Shown: positions 36,873-49,689 of the stretch, one piece after another
How positions within the stretch are numbered: the stretch's first letter is position 1
How the letters are laid out: each line of letters opens with the position of its first letter
Origin: Macrostomum hystrix
Taxonomy: Eukaryota > Animalia > Platyhelminthes
Direction of reading: 5' to 3'
NCBI GenBank assembly: GCA_950097015.1
Contig: CATNEN010000005.1
Coordinates: 4,216,001-4,280,000, forward strand
Length of the DNA: 64,000 bases
Notes under the pieces: generated by a model
Seen by the model: the letters and a program-made list of their open reading frames with translations, nothing else
What the model was told of the DNA's origin: nothing
Database searches by the model: none
Translations under genes and position numbers: made by a program

Positions 36873-39840
36873 TCAGTTGCCGTCGTGCTCAATTAGTAAG
36901 AACACAGTCTGGACACTCTCAGGTCTTGAGTTCGCACCCTGTTCATTGTTGGCAGGTGTTGCACAAACTATCGTGCTCCGTGGCATCATCACCGAGTAGG
37001 TGCAATTCTCCGCATTCTGAAGCATTTCATTGTTGGGAGCGAGTCTTTCAAATAGTACAAAGACTGATCTTAGCCATTCGTGCTCAAGCCCCACATTAAA
37101 CCCCATTGTTTGATGCTCCAAAGTCAGCCATAATGCACTCACATCGACTGTTGGGTCTCTGAATTGTGGCGGTGTCTCATGCAACTCAGCGTCGAACCCA
37201 GCCTGCTCCTCCTGTGAGCTGTCGCGAGTTCTCCTGGCGCATCGCTGGAATGCACAGGTTGAGCAAAGTCAAACGCATTTACAATTTGACAATTTTGTTG
37301 TCAAATCGCTAATTACCTTGCCGATTATGACAGCCATCGGAGTGAAAATTACGGCTAGTACTACAGCGATCGGCACAAACAACGGTTTAAGAGACCTGTT
37401 AACCACTGTCTTCTTCAGTTCTGGTGTTGGCGACCCTGTGCTTGAATAGCTGCCTGCATTTGTACCTGTTTCATCATAGTTACTTTCAGTTGTGCTATAG
37501 TATGCAGCTTGAGTTGTCTCAAACTTACTCGGAATGGTTGAGTCCGTTGTCAGAGGACAGGACACACTCTCTGTGGTGCTGTAGTTCCATGACAGTTTAT
37601 TATTATTCCAATGTGCTGTGCATGTCACATTCACAGTCAGACAGTTTTCGCATTTCCAAATCGACCTGAATTTGCCGTCTACTTCAGTGACACTCGATTC
37701 CATTGTTACTGTGGCATTTTCGTTTGGGTGCCCTTGTAGAAAGCATTTGTGCAGAAGTTGTGGATCGGACTGCGTTGAATCAAAGGTGAAATTCCAAGCC
37801 GATGACTCAGTGACACAGGGGTCATTTGAGTAGATGCTCAGGTTGCTTGGCGGATCTGAGATCGGGGATTGTCGAGCTTGTGAGACTCCAGACATTGCTG
37901 TGTGCGCTTGTGAAATGGCACTTTTGTGGAATTGATTGTATACTCACAGTAGACTTTGAGCAGTCGGGAGCTGAGGACCTCGTCATCCACTGTGCATGAG
38001 TAGTTGCCAGCGTGACTTTCGTTCACATTTTGAATGGATTCTGACACGCTGCTGGCACTCGAGTTGCCAGAAGTTCGAATGGTGCTAATCGTGTTTTCAT
38101 CTCCGTTAGACTTTGCGAGAGTCAGAATAACAGGTGGCAGATTGACAGGTGCTTCGTGGCACACCTGGACCCGACAGCTCACTGTGACGTTTGAGTTTCT
38201 CACAACTTCATCGGATGGCTCAATTGTAGCTTAATTTTTTTAGAAACGAGTGACTTTTTTTTCTGGAGAAATTCGCAAAATAGATTTGCTCTTGTTATTT
38301 TGAGTAATTTTCAGTAACTGTTTTCCAAGATTTACGAATTTTAACATAAAAATGCTACCCATGCACTAGCAGGAGTTGGTTAGCAAGGTAAAGATTGCTT
38401 TAATGTCACATCGAGCTGAAAATCTAACAATAATGCGTTCCTTCTATACCGTGTTAATGGTTTTCACAGTTTCTTTGCTAGACATCATTGAAAACATGCT
38501 TAAATTCCAGGTCTTTGTTAGTCTATTACAGTCCATTTAAGACTATAAGCGTCGGGCTTTGTAATCAATGACTTTTTACGAGAATTATAATTACGAGTAA
38601 ATAGAGATTTCATATAGTTAGAGAGATGATATATTGTAGTAACATAAGGCAAGTGCCAAGTTCGACAAACTCACCTTGTATTTCCAATTTATGAATCCAC
38701 ATGCCAATGAAGCTCATGCACTGGTTCTGTGAATCAGAAACGTTTGCGACGTATTTTCTCAGCAGAATCATTCGGACCTGAAAGCCACATATAGTTTCTG
38801 GTTATGTCAGCACTGTTTAAACTAGGGCAGAATAGAAGCGGAAAAAAGAAGCGGAAAATGTGTTTCTTTTTGGGACCCACATTCTCCATGCTAAATTACA
38901 GTCAACATTTGTGTTTTTGCTTGCTGTTTTATGCCTCGATCTTGAGTCATTTTGTTTGCAAATCTACTAAAATAAAATCAATGTGGATATTTTTTCAGAG
39001 AAACCCTAAGCTGCATTGCTGATACAGAATATTGGCTTGCATTATACTCGCCTAATTAAACCCAAGGTTGCTCATGAATTATCAACCATCAGTCACCTGA
39101 TCGCCTCACCTGTTGCCTGATGCAGGGCACGCTCAAGTATTCTCCTGCAGAAACATTTGAGGGCGTCCTGCCGCACAGCTTCCAGATACCTGAGCTCTCT
39201 CCTCTAATGAAAGTAGAGCTGATGTTCTTTGAGTCGCAGTGCTCATGTCCAAAATCCACGTCTGTTTGAGAAGTCCAGATCTCAATGTCTGCTGCTCTAG
39301 AGTTTATTTCAGCGATTTTAACTTCTTTTGCTTCTACAATGTCAGTTAGTTTTTACTTTTGAGCTGCAAACAAGAGCTTGAAGAGAGTCGTTAGGAGCAG
39401 GTATTCAGAAGCTCTTGATTGTAAATTAACTGAATCGCTCACCTGACCTGGCCCTGATGCCCACAGAGCTGATCAGCTCAGGCCTCTTCAGTTTGATCAC
39501 AAACCAGTGATAGCCTGCATCTGCGTCATTCTTACTGGCCTTGGAGTGGAAGAATCTGTAGAAATACACGGAATGTGTCTCTGTGGTCTGGTTTTTAAAG
39601 CACAGCGTAGTATTATGCATATCAAGAAAGCTGGACGACTGCCACGAGTCAGCGATGGAATCTTTAGTGATGTTGAGAGTGCCTGAAATTAAAATTGATT
39701 CAGCAACTTTGTCAGAATATATCAGATGATTAATTCCGAGCAATGTCCATGGACTGCAACTCACAATTGTCACTGTCAGCCGCACACATTCTAGCAAGGA
39801 GGGCCGTTGCCAGCAAAATGCAGTTTAGCACTGCAGCCAT
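36873..39840 (-). CDS. Receptor copy B (same 8-exon architecture as A, long stalk)
   Basis: The exons I translated are open and splice sites are conserved; offset 8028 bp from A at the stop codon. TM LFVPIAVVLAVIFTPMAVII; tail essentially identical to A. Confidence 0.78.
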
Positions 39841-40005
39841 GCCTCAACTTTGCCTGAAACCTTCGGCAGATGTCGATGCAGAAAATGCAGATCTGTCTCT
39901 ACCCAATAAGGGATGTCTATTTATACATGGGTTGTTATGTATAAAAACCGTTGATCTACTTCAACTGTGTTTCTTTTACCTGAAAAATACTTAAAAGTTC
40001 TCTTC

Positions 40006-41460
40006 AGTAGTAGCAAAGTGGTCCCTCTACCGCACTTGCACCGGATTGGCCGGGGCACTCGACAAATAGGGTGACGACGGCACCCACCCGACCCCAAGCC
40101 TGACCCCACCCTAAACCCGCCCGGACTCCAAACCCCCGCCCGACCGTCGTCGTAGAGGCAATGATCTTGATGCGAACCTGGGGCAGACTGGGCAATAGCA
40201 AGAAGTCCGCACTCAATCGCACAATCTTCTCGGTCTCCGCTAGAGCTTCCTACCTCCATGCTTCTGGCTTCACGGAAAGACACTTGCCCGGTCGGTTACA
40301 CCAGCGTGGTCACTCGATGCTACCGTGCTCCGCCCTTCATCACTTCCATCACCTCCGCCCTACCGGGCCTTGGGGGTGAGAGATATCGCTCCACAGACAG
40401 GAGTAGGGTGAGTCGAAGTTGAAGGACCAGTCGAGGCCATGTCGGTAATTCGTGAGCCAACGACATGTTCGACGCTGTCCTCTATCAAGAAGCTTAAAGC
40501 AATGCGGTGGTCGGTAGGAGTAGTAATGAACAAAATCCTCCTTCTTGTACAGGTGCAGAAATCCTTCAATGTCAATGATAATCATCCTGGCCACTGATCC
40601 AACAAAACTCGCCCAACCCATGTTCAGACTGCTTCTTCTTATAGTCTTGAAGTCGAGAGGCGTTTCGAGCAGCTTGGTTGATCTATACGAGACTTTTCCG
40701 CTAATTTTGTCATATTCAGACCAACTGCAGATAAAGGTACGAGGTTTTCTTGCAGGCAACTGATAAATTCATATGAACTGCATGATGTGGCTTCAGGTGT
40801 TTAGAGTATGCAGCTCGTGTTTCAGTGATTAAAATGACGAACAGCATACAGCACACCCTACTTATAGTAGAGTGAGGGAAATTTATCTTCAATTTTATTC
40901 TAGAAAGCGACCAGTGCTATCCGGGGCGCCATCAGGGCGGTCGGACACTGAATTCGCCCAGGCGCAATGAACTGGAGAAGATTAGGGCGCACAGAAAATC
41001 ACCACTAGGTTGAGCTATGAAATGCAGCAAGTCGACAATATTCGAGGTGTACAACGACTTTCCGTTTTCATAAACATCATATGCTGTGCCGTTAATACTT
41101 ATCGATTTGCAATTTTGTGGTGGCAGATAATTACAGCTGTCGCACGCAGCGCTCGTCTCTAATCTTGCGCAACTGCTTTTCGGCTTTCAGAACGCGCTCG
41201 CAGACAGTCTCCATGCCTTTCTGGTCCATCAAGGCCTCATACTGCAGCCGGGGCACCAATCTCATTTCCTTGTACATGTCGTCTTACACAGCTGAGAACG
41301 AGAGGAAGACAGCGAATAATATGCGGCTGGGAGAGATTGCGTCAAGCCTCCTTTACACTCTTGCTTTGTGCTACAAGCCGAAGATCGAGTATTGCGATAG
41401 CGTCTGAGTTTTCGCTTCCAACAATCTTCACAGCTAACATTTCCTGCCAATAAGTTTATA
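40006..41460 (-). mobile_element. Polinton/Maverick-like remnant with a DEDD-type exonuclease-like ORF (40349-40759)
   Basis: Left end AGTAGTAG followed by a C-run-rich tract. ORF contains IIIDIEGF...YRPP..F.LL....RRTCRWLTNYRHGLDW...PY. A second small ORF MYKEMRLVPRLQYEAL (41130-41277) resembles Polinton accessory-gene starts. Assignment is from recalled motifs only. Confidence 0.5.
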
Positions 41461-41724
41461 ATGCACTCAGTTAGAAAACAAACACTACTCTTATTCGCGA
41501 ATGCGACAACGCGACGACGCAGAGAAGGGGATCCCTCGCAAAGGACAGTTTTAATGCAATGCGCTTATCCATGATTGATTTCATGAACACAAACTCACCA
41601 TTTCTTATAGATAAACTCGCTGCGGTGCCTCATCGGAACGAAAGGAAGGAAGAAAGAAATCTCAGACGCAACTCATGAGAAGAGGCGGGGTAAAAATAGA
41701 GCAGCAGGTACAGCTGATCCTCAA

Positions 41725-42090
41725 ACTCATTCCGAATGGTTGAGTCCGTTGTCAGCGGACAGGACACACTCTCTGTGGTCCATGGCAGTTTAGAATCATT
41801 CCAATGTGCATGTGCATGTGCATGGCATGGTTTCGCAAAAGATTCACAAAATAGATTTGCTTTTTGTAATTTTCAGTCATTGCCAGTAACTGTTATTTAA
41901 GGTTTACGAATTTTAGCACAAAAATTAAGAAGTGTTACCCATGCACTAGCAGGAGTTGGTTACTAAGGTAAAGACTAGTAGTTTTAATGTAACTTACAAC
42001 TAAAAATCCAACAAGAAGAAGGCGTTCTCTCTACACCGTGAAAAAAAGCATCAGTTTGCACAGTTTCTTTGCTAGACAGCATTGAATAAG
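41725..42090 (-). pseudogene. Orphan deleted fragment of an A/B-type receptor gene (end of Ig2 exon plus intron 4 sequence)
   Basis: GAATGGTTGAGTCCGTTGTCAG.GGACAGGACACACTCTCTGTGGT and CCCATGCACTAGCAGGAGTTGG match copies A/B with internal deletions. Confidence 0.75.
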
Positions 42091-42898
42091 AAATAGTTTA
42101 AATTATCGGTCTGGTGCTTTTGGGGTAGACTCAGTGAAATATTATTCTATAAGCATCCTGCCTTGTCAGCAATACCACAAAAGCAAATGTGCTAATTGTG
42201 GGGTGCAGGATAAGGAGGGAGCCTTGGTTTCGGAGGCCAATAATGTGGCATTTCGAGGTTATTGTTCTGCTGTAAAAATGAATAATAAAGAACTCGGAGA
42301 TATTAGCCACAAGGTCGAGTGCGTGAGTCATGCGGACAGTTCACTCTTGGCCAATTAGGGGAAGGCTCGTTTATTCATACCCGCCAAAGAATGTTCCAGA
42401 AAGAAGGGTGACGAATGTTCTTGGAAACATGTAAACAAGTCACGCCCGATCTTTCTAGAATCCTACGCTTTTTGCGCTGTTTCAATACCCAGCATTTCTG
42501 TCTTAATCTTTCTATATCAAAGTCTGGATTTCTTAAGCTTTTCGCACTAATTTTAGTCCGCATTGGGTTAAAAAACGGTACAATGCGAAACCAACACAGG
42601 CATGCAAATATTTTATTTAAACACTCATTGTCACATGCTAAAATAAATAAACACTTTTGAAGAACAATTTCCGCAAGAGAATCATATTACAAAGTTTCTT
42701 GGATAACTAAGCTTGATTCAGTTATAAGCGTTTTGCTAATTTCCGTAAATTCTGAATCGGCATGCATTCTGGGGTGTGCTATTCTTGAAGATGTACTGTT
42801 TTAGTGTTCACATTGTCTAAGCTCTGATGCCAAGAAAATGTGACTCGCAAATAAAATGTCAGAAAACTGAATAGTCAGGAACTCGAGTTTTCTCGGCT

Positions 42899-45836
42899 TC
42901 AGTCGCCATCGTGTTCGATTTCCAAGAAAACAGTCAGGTCACTGTCAGGTCTTGAACTCGTGCCCGCCTCATTAGTGCCAGGTGTTGCACTTACATTGGG
43001 ACGTTGTGTTACCAGTGCAGAGTAGATGCAGCTGTCCACATTCTGAAGAGTTTTAAGTTTGATTCCTAAAGCTATTGATTCAACACAGGCAAGCCAGCCG
43101 CTCAATATACATGTTATGCGCCCATGAATTAATCATTTTTACAAGGATTTAATTACGTACCAATTTTAAATGATGATACATCAATTGTCTGCTATAAACC
43201 ACCTGAATGATCAGACGCGCCCAAATCCTACCGCTAAAAGCCCGTCTGCAACCCGAACTGTACGTCACGGATTTACTCACTTCAGCTGTGGAGTCTCTAA
43301 ACAGTGGCGGTGATTCAATCAGCTCAGTCTCGAACCTAGCCCCCTCATGTGAGCAGTCGCGATTTCTAAAGACGCCCTTCTGCAACGGACGGTTCGAACA
43401 ACGAAAAATAGTTTTCCCTTTGATATTTGAACTCGTCATCACTGATTACCTTGCTGATAACGACTGCAAGCGAAGATCCAAGAACGGCGAGTCCTGCCAT
43501 GATCGCGAAAAGCACCGGCTTGAAAATGCGCTCTGTTCTCAAAATTTGTTTAGTTGGGGATAGGCTGGACTGAATTTTGAATTTTATTTTGTTTAAAATT
43601 TTCTGCTATATTATAATATTTACTATATGCAGCTTGAGTTGTTTTTTTAACTTACTCGGAATGTTTGGGTCCGATGTCAGAGGACAGGTCACACTTTCTG
43701 TCGTGCTGTAGCTCCATGACAGTTTATCATCATTCCAATGTGCTGTGCATGTCACAGACACAGGCAGACAGTTTTCGCATTTCCAAATCGACCTGAATTT
43801 GCCGTCCACTTCAGTGACACTCGATGCAGTTGTTACTGTGGCATTTTCGTCCTGGTGGTCTCTCAGAAAGCATTTGTGCAGAGGATGTGGATCTGACTGC
43901 GATGACTCAAAGGTGAAATTCCAATCCGACGACTCAGTGGCACAGGTGTCATTTGAGTAGATGCTCAGGTTGCTTGGCGGATCTGAGATCGGGGATTGTC
44001 GAGCTTGTGAGACTCCAGACATTGCTGTGTGCGCTTGTGAAATGGCACTTATGTGGAATTGATTGTATACTCACAGTAGACTTTGAGCAGTCGGGAGCTG
44101 AGGACCTCGTCACCCACTCTGCATGAGTAGTTGCCAGCGTGACTTTCGTTCACATTTTGAATGGATTCTGACACGCTGCTTGCACTCGAGTTGCCAGAAG
44201 TTCGAATGGTGCTAATCGTGTTTTCATCTCCGTTTGACTTTGCGAGAGTCAGAATAACAGGTGGCAGATTGACAGGTGCTTCGTGGCATTCCTGGATCCG
44301 ACAGCTCACTGTGACGTTTGAGTTTCTCACAACCTCATCGGATGGCTCAATTGTAGCTAATTTTTTAAAGAACGATTGACTCAAGATTAGTTACATTGTT
44401 ATAGAGAGATTCGCAAAATAGATTTGCGTTTGTTATTTTTAGTCATTGTCAGTAACTGTTTTCCAAGGTTTACGAATTTGAACACTAAAATGCTACCCAT
44501 GCACTAGCAGGATTTGGTTAGCAAGGTAAAGACTACTTTAATGTCACATCGAACTGAAAATCCAACAAGAATGCGTTTTTGTGACAGAATATAGTTAGAA
44601 TATAGTTAGAGAAAGGATTTATTGTAGTAACATAGGGCACGTTCGACAAACTCACCTGCTAATACAATTTTTCGAATCCACATGCTAATGAAGCTCATGC
44701 ACTGATTGTTTGCACTAACGTTTGCGACGTATTTTCTCAGCAGAATCATTCGGACCTGAAAGCCGCATACAGTTTCTGGTTATGTCAGCACTGTTAATAT
44801 ATGGTGAAATTGAAGCGGAATAAAATGTGCTTCTTTTTAGTGGTTATAGAAATTTGTCCCTAAAGCATGTGACCCACATTCTCCATGCTAAATTACAGTC
44901 AACATTTGTGTTTTGCTTGCTGCTTTCTGCCTCGATCTTTAGTCATTTTGTTTGCAAATCTATTAAAATAAAATCAATGTGGATAATTCTCTAGAGAAAC
45001 CCTAAGCTGCACTGCTGATACAGAATATTGGCTTGCATTATACTCGCCTAATTAAACCCAAGGTTGCTCATGAATTATGAACCATCAGTCACCTGATCGC
45101 CTCACCTGTTGCCTGACGCAGGGCACGCTTAAGTATTGTCCTGCAGAAACATTTGAGGGCGTCCTGCCGCACAGCTTCCAGATACCTGAGCTCTGTCCTC
45201 TAATGAAATTAGAGCTGATGTTCTTTGAGTCGCAGTGCTCATGTCCAAAATCCACGTCTGTTTGAGAAGTCCAGATCTCAATGTCTGCTGCTCTAGAGTT
45301 TATTTCAGCGATTGTAACTTCTTTTGCTTCTACAATGTCAGTTAGTTTTTACTTTTGAGCTGCAAACAAGAGCTTGAAGAGAGTCGTTAGGAGCAGGTAT
45401 TCAGAAGCTCTTGATTGTAAATTAACTGAATCGCTCACCTGACCTGGCCCTGATGCCCACAGACCTGATCAGCTCAGGCCTCTTCAGTTTGATCACAAAC
45501 CAGTGATAGCCTGCATCTGCGTCATTGTTACTGGCTTTGGAGTGGAAGAATCTGTAGAAATGCTTGGATTCTGTCTCTGTGGTCTGGTTTTTAAAGCACA
45601 GCGCAGTATTATGCATATCAAGAAAGCTGGACGACTGCCACGAGTCGGCGATGGAATCTTTGGTGATGTTGAGAGTGCCTGAAACGAAAATTGATTCAGA
45701 AACTTTGTAAGAATATATCAGATGATTCCTTCCGAGCAATGTCCATGAACTGCAACTCACAATTGTCCCTGTCAGCCGCACACTTTCTAGCAAGGAGGGC
45801 CGTTGCCAGCAAAATGCAGTTTAGCACTGCAGCCAT
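42899..45836 (-). CDS. Receptor copy C (9 exons, short stalk with intron, different TM and tail)
   Basis: Exons open. After PNIP the frame uses a GTAAGT donor to a TM exon KRIFKPVLFAIMAGLAVLGSSLAVVISK; tail NVDSCIYSAL...DLTVFLEIEHDGD*. Confidence 0.78.
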
Positions 45837-46980
45837 GCCTCAACTTTGCCTGAAACCTTCGGCAGATGTCGATGCAGTAAATGCAGATCTGTCTCTACCC
45901 AATAAGGGATGTCAATTTATACATGGGTTGTAGTTTATGAAAAATTTCGGATTAACTTCAACCGTGTTTATTTTTCCAAGATAAATCGTTTGAAAATACC
46001 ATCCAATATTTATTCCTTGACAAAAGCATGAAGTCAGAAAAAGTTTGAATCCTGTTTAATATCTGCATCCTGTTTATCATTTATCAGGCATGGAATTGAT
46101 TTATATTAGCAGATTTGCGAATTCATTAAATGCTTATAAAAAGGTTTGATATTTTATCATCTCTTTTTATTAGCATTTTTCTCTAAACGCATTGTGCCAA
46201 AGCGTTTCCGGACACGCAAACCTGGCTGAACGGCTGACTTGTCGGCGAGTACATTCAACTAATGGAAACTGATTTCGTTCGAACACTGTACGCTCTGCGA
46301 AATATAATTTCTCAGTGCAGACAGTAGAGATTTATTGATTGGACCTGTCTCAAGATGCTGTAGATTCAGCGCTTCGGTGCCAATAAAACTGCTCGAATCG
46401 GTAAGTCAACAAGGAACAATTCACATGCTGTAAAAGCACCCAAAGGGAAATTGAAGCTAAACAATATCCGTATCATGCCACAGAGAACTCGTGCTGAAAA
46501 AAAAGAGAATCGGTCTAAAATTCTTCCAGATAACGCAGCACCAATTAAATACTTTCTTGAACTATTTCACACCAGTTGCGTTAAAATTTAGGTGTCAAGC
46601 TTAATTGTTGATAGATGGCACACAATAGCAGTGTTGTGCCACAAATGATTGAGAAACGTTCGTTCTGTTAGTTTTGGAGTGAGGCAAGACAAGCTCTATG
46701 TTTCTATGAGCGATAATCAATAGCCAGATATTATGTAGCGATCAGGTGAGAGTGGTGGAAGGTGACAGCATTTGGGGTGGTGGGCTAGGCGCAGACAGGT
46801 AGATAGAGTGCATTGGAGAAAAAGAGTATGTACTTGCAGTGGAATAAAACAAGAAAGAACAGAAATAGAATAAGTGGAGATGCGAAATAACTCAGCTCAA
46901 ATTCACTTAAGTTTGCCGAGTCATTCAAATAAGTTTAAGTCAAACTCCGCCTCAAGAAGTAGTATGTACATTCTCAAGGT

Positions 46981-47475
46981 TGTAGGACACTGCTGTCTTC
47001 GTGCACTTTGCAGTGAATGTGCACAATGTCCTCCTATGCGTCGTGTGTACCCCACCTAATGCGCCAGAACTTTTGAGTGCAAGCCCTCCGTTATACGTAA
47101 TTTACTACTCCGCTAGGCGTCATTTACCCAACCGTGGTTGTATCGCGTGTTTACTGCACGCGGATTGGCTGTCGACCAGTCTGGACTTTCATCTGCTGGG
47201 CTGTGATTGGCCAGTGGATGTCTGGGTTGGGGTGGTGTGGTTTTAGGCGTCCTCCGGCCTCAAGCGAGCCCTAGCATTATAAGACTTTGTAGTCTGGCTT
47301 GTTGGTGCTCGTGAACTTAGATTTGCACATGCGGCGTGTTTGGGGTGAGGGTTGACGCTGCAGCGTGTGCGTGCTTACGGTGGTTACACCCACCCCAACT
47401 TTGGCAATAAATATATATTGGCGTAAGCCAGTGAGGTTTCCTCGCGTTTTGTTATTCACTGCAACTTAACTGCAA
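46981..47475 (+). mobile_element. Solo-LTR-like element
   Basis: Starts TGT; has ATTGG x2, TATAA at ~47278 and AATAAA at ~47406; ends ...TGCA. No TSD found. Confidence 0.4.
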
Positions 47476-47539
47476 ATTTCCGCCGTGTAGGAATCTTTCT
47501 ACAAAGCCAAAGGCCTACATGCCTCAATTCGTAGATCAC

Positions 47540-47880
47540 GCAGGGCATGTAGTCTGTTTGCAGGGCACGCCTTAGTTTTGTCCTGGCGAAACATTTTAGG
47601 TAGTACTGCCGCACAGCTTCCAGAAAACTGACCTCTCTCCTACGAGGAGCTGATGTAGTTTTGAGTCGCGGTGCTCATGTTCAAAGTCGAAATCTGTTTG
47701 TGACGTCCGAATCTCAATGTCCGATGCTCTAGGGTTTATTACATGAGTTGAGTAAGCCTGAAACTAGCTTTCAAGTCTAGCTTTCAACTAGTGAATAATT
47801 CCCGTGATTCTCAGCTCGCACTTGTGGCTGTGAGCCGTACTCAAAACAGCCAGGAGGGCGGCTGCTACCAGAATGTAGTT
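47540..47880 (-). pseudogene. Orphan degenerate receptor fragment (signal-peptide exon plus lectin exon 3)
   Basis: INPRASDIEIRTSQTDFDFEHEH..WKLCGSTT*NVSPGQN*GVPC is homologous to exon 3, with stops; 47830-47880 resembles exon 1. Confidence 0.75.
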
Positions 47881-48220
47881 GTCGAGATAAACATCTCTCC
47901 ATAATATTTAGAATTTATGTCTTAATTTTCAGTTGCTCACCCAGATTTATTCTACACTTGTTTGTTCCCGCAATGCTGCACTCCAGCTCACTTAGCATTC
48001 TGATTCCCATAGAATTCCACACCGCAGTGTAATATCACTTTAATTTTACGCTCGTACTTCTCTCAGCATTCGCTCCTCCCATAGACACCCCTTACTGTAC
48101 CCTCCATCGTTCTAGCTACACTTAAATATACTAAGCAAAGATCTTTCTCAGACTTACTTCTCATAATTCAACCACAGCATAAATAACAATAAACATTCTT
48201 TCCTCAACGGAAATCTTACA

Positions 48221-48795
48221 TCTAATACCTAAATCTGTGTATGTTTCTGCCTATGTCTGTCTGTCTGTCTGTCTGTCTGTCCGTATGTTTCACGTTTTAA
48301 GCTGAATGCCTGGACCATTTTCAACCGGATTTGTTGAATTCGATTCGAAATTTTCAGCCGGTGGTGTGGCTTAAAATTGGTTGAATTCTGTTTATATTAA
48401 GACTGTTAAATTGACAGAAAACTGTATTTTTTGCAAAGTTCATTCAAGTTCAAACATGCTCGGCTGCTCTGGCTTGCTAAAAGTGTTCATTTCATTAGAT
48501 TGCATCAGCAGTGCCCAAGTTCAATTTACTCTCTTACCCTCTTTTCTGCATAGGCTAAAAAATCCATGCGCATCAATGTGCGTGTGGACCTTTCCTGCCG
48601 GCCAAATGAATTGCCCAGTGCTAAATGTGCATATCGTGTGTATTTGTGGGTCCCGCTTACCCTGGCTGGCTGAATTATTCATTGCTAGCCTAGACGCACT
48701 AAAATGTACACTTCTTAGCTAGCTAGCAGTGAGAGATTCAAACATAAATATGCAGATTTTTGTGCCCTCACATCAACGGTCGGATAGCCAGCTGG
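48221..48795 (+). mobile_element. Possible non-autonomous Helitron/Helentron (DINE-1-like)
   Basis: A|TC start, (GTCT)n-GTCCGT microsatellite near the 5' end, CTGG|T end; the 3' hairpin is unclear. Confidence 0.4.
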
Positions 48796-49102
48796 TAGGC
48801 ACTTAGGCTAGGTTAGGCTAGGATTCCCCGGCTCGAGTCCCCAGTGCGGCTGGCAAATTAATTGTCTTAATGGATGCCACCTGCTACTTTCAGTAACAGT
48901 CAGTGTGCTAAGTAACATTTTTTCTTTTGTATGTTTCACGTATGTTTCACGTTTTTAAGCTGAATGCTAAATGAGATTATCGCTTACATTTGCGATTGGC
49001 TGCTGCATTCAATACAGAAATTTCTGTATTGACAGGGTACAGTTTGTACAGGTACAAAGGCGAATGTACAAATCCACTATACTAAAAATGAAATGCTTGC
49101 TA

Positions 49103-49620
49103 AACCAGAGTCTGAATCATGGCTAAACCAGCGTCTGAATCATGGCTAAACCAGCGTCTGAATCATGGCTAAAGCAGAGTTTGAATCATGGCTAAACCAG
49201 AGTCTGAATCATGGCTAAACCAGCGTCTGAATCATGGCTAAACCAGCGTCTGAATCATGGCTAAAGCAGAGTTTGAATCATGGCTAAACCAGAGTCTGAA
49301 TCATGGCTAAACCAGAGTCTGAATCATGGCTAAACCAGAGTCTGAATCATGGCTAAACCAGAGTCTGAATCATGGCTAAACCAGAGTTTGAATCATGGCT
49401 AAACCAGAGTCTGAATCATGGCTAAACCAGAGTTTGAATCAAGGCGAAACCAGAGTTTGAATCATGGCTACACCAGAGTTTAAATCATGGCTAAAACAGA
49501 GTTTGAATCATGGCTAAAGCAGACTTTAAATCATCACAGCGTCTGAATCATGGCTAAACCAGAGTTTGAATCATGGCTAAATTAGAGTTTGAATCATGGT
49601 AAAACGAGAGTTTGAATCAT
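49103..49620. repeat. 23-bp minisatellite (AAACCAGAGTCTGAATCATGGCT)
   Basis: Period 23 read directly. Confidence 0.92.
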
Positions 49621-49689
49621 AGCCCACCAGGGTTTAAAACATGGCGGAACCTGAGTTTGAATCTTGGCTAACCCAGCGTTTGAAAAATC

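Noticed and set aside
41484-41495. ACTACT as the right terminus of the Polinton-like remnant
   Set aside because: No inverted homology beyond 6 bp and the flanks do not form a 6-bp TSD.
43207-43563. Plus-strand ORFs repeated at 43207 and 53729 (and 28823/36851)
   Set aside because: They are antisense shadows of the minus-strand receptor TM and tail exons and recur only because the unit is duplicated.
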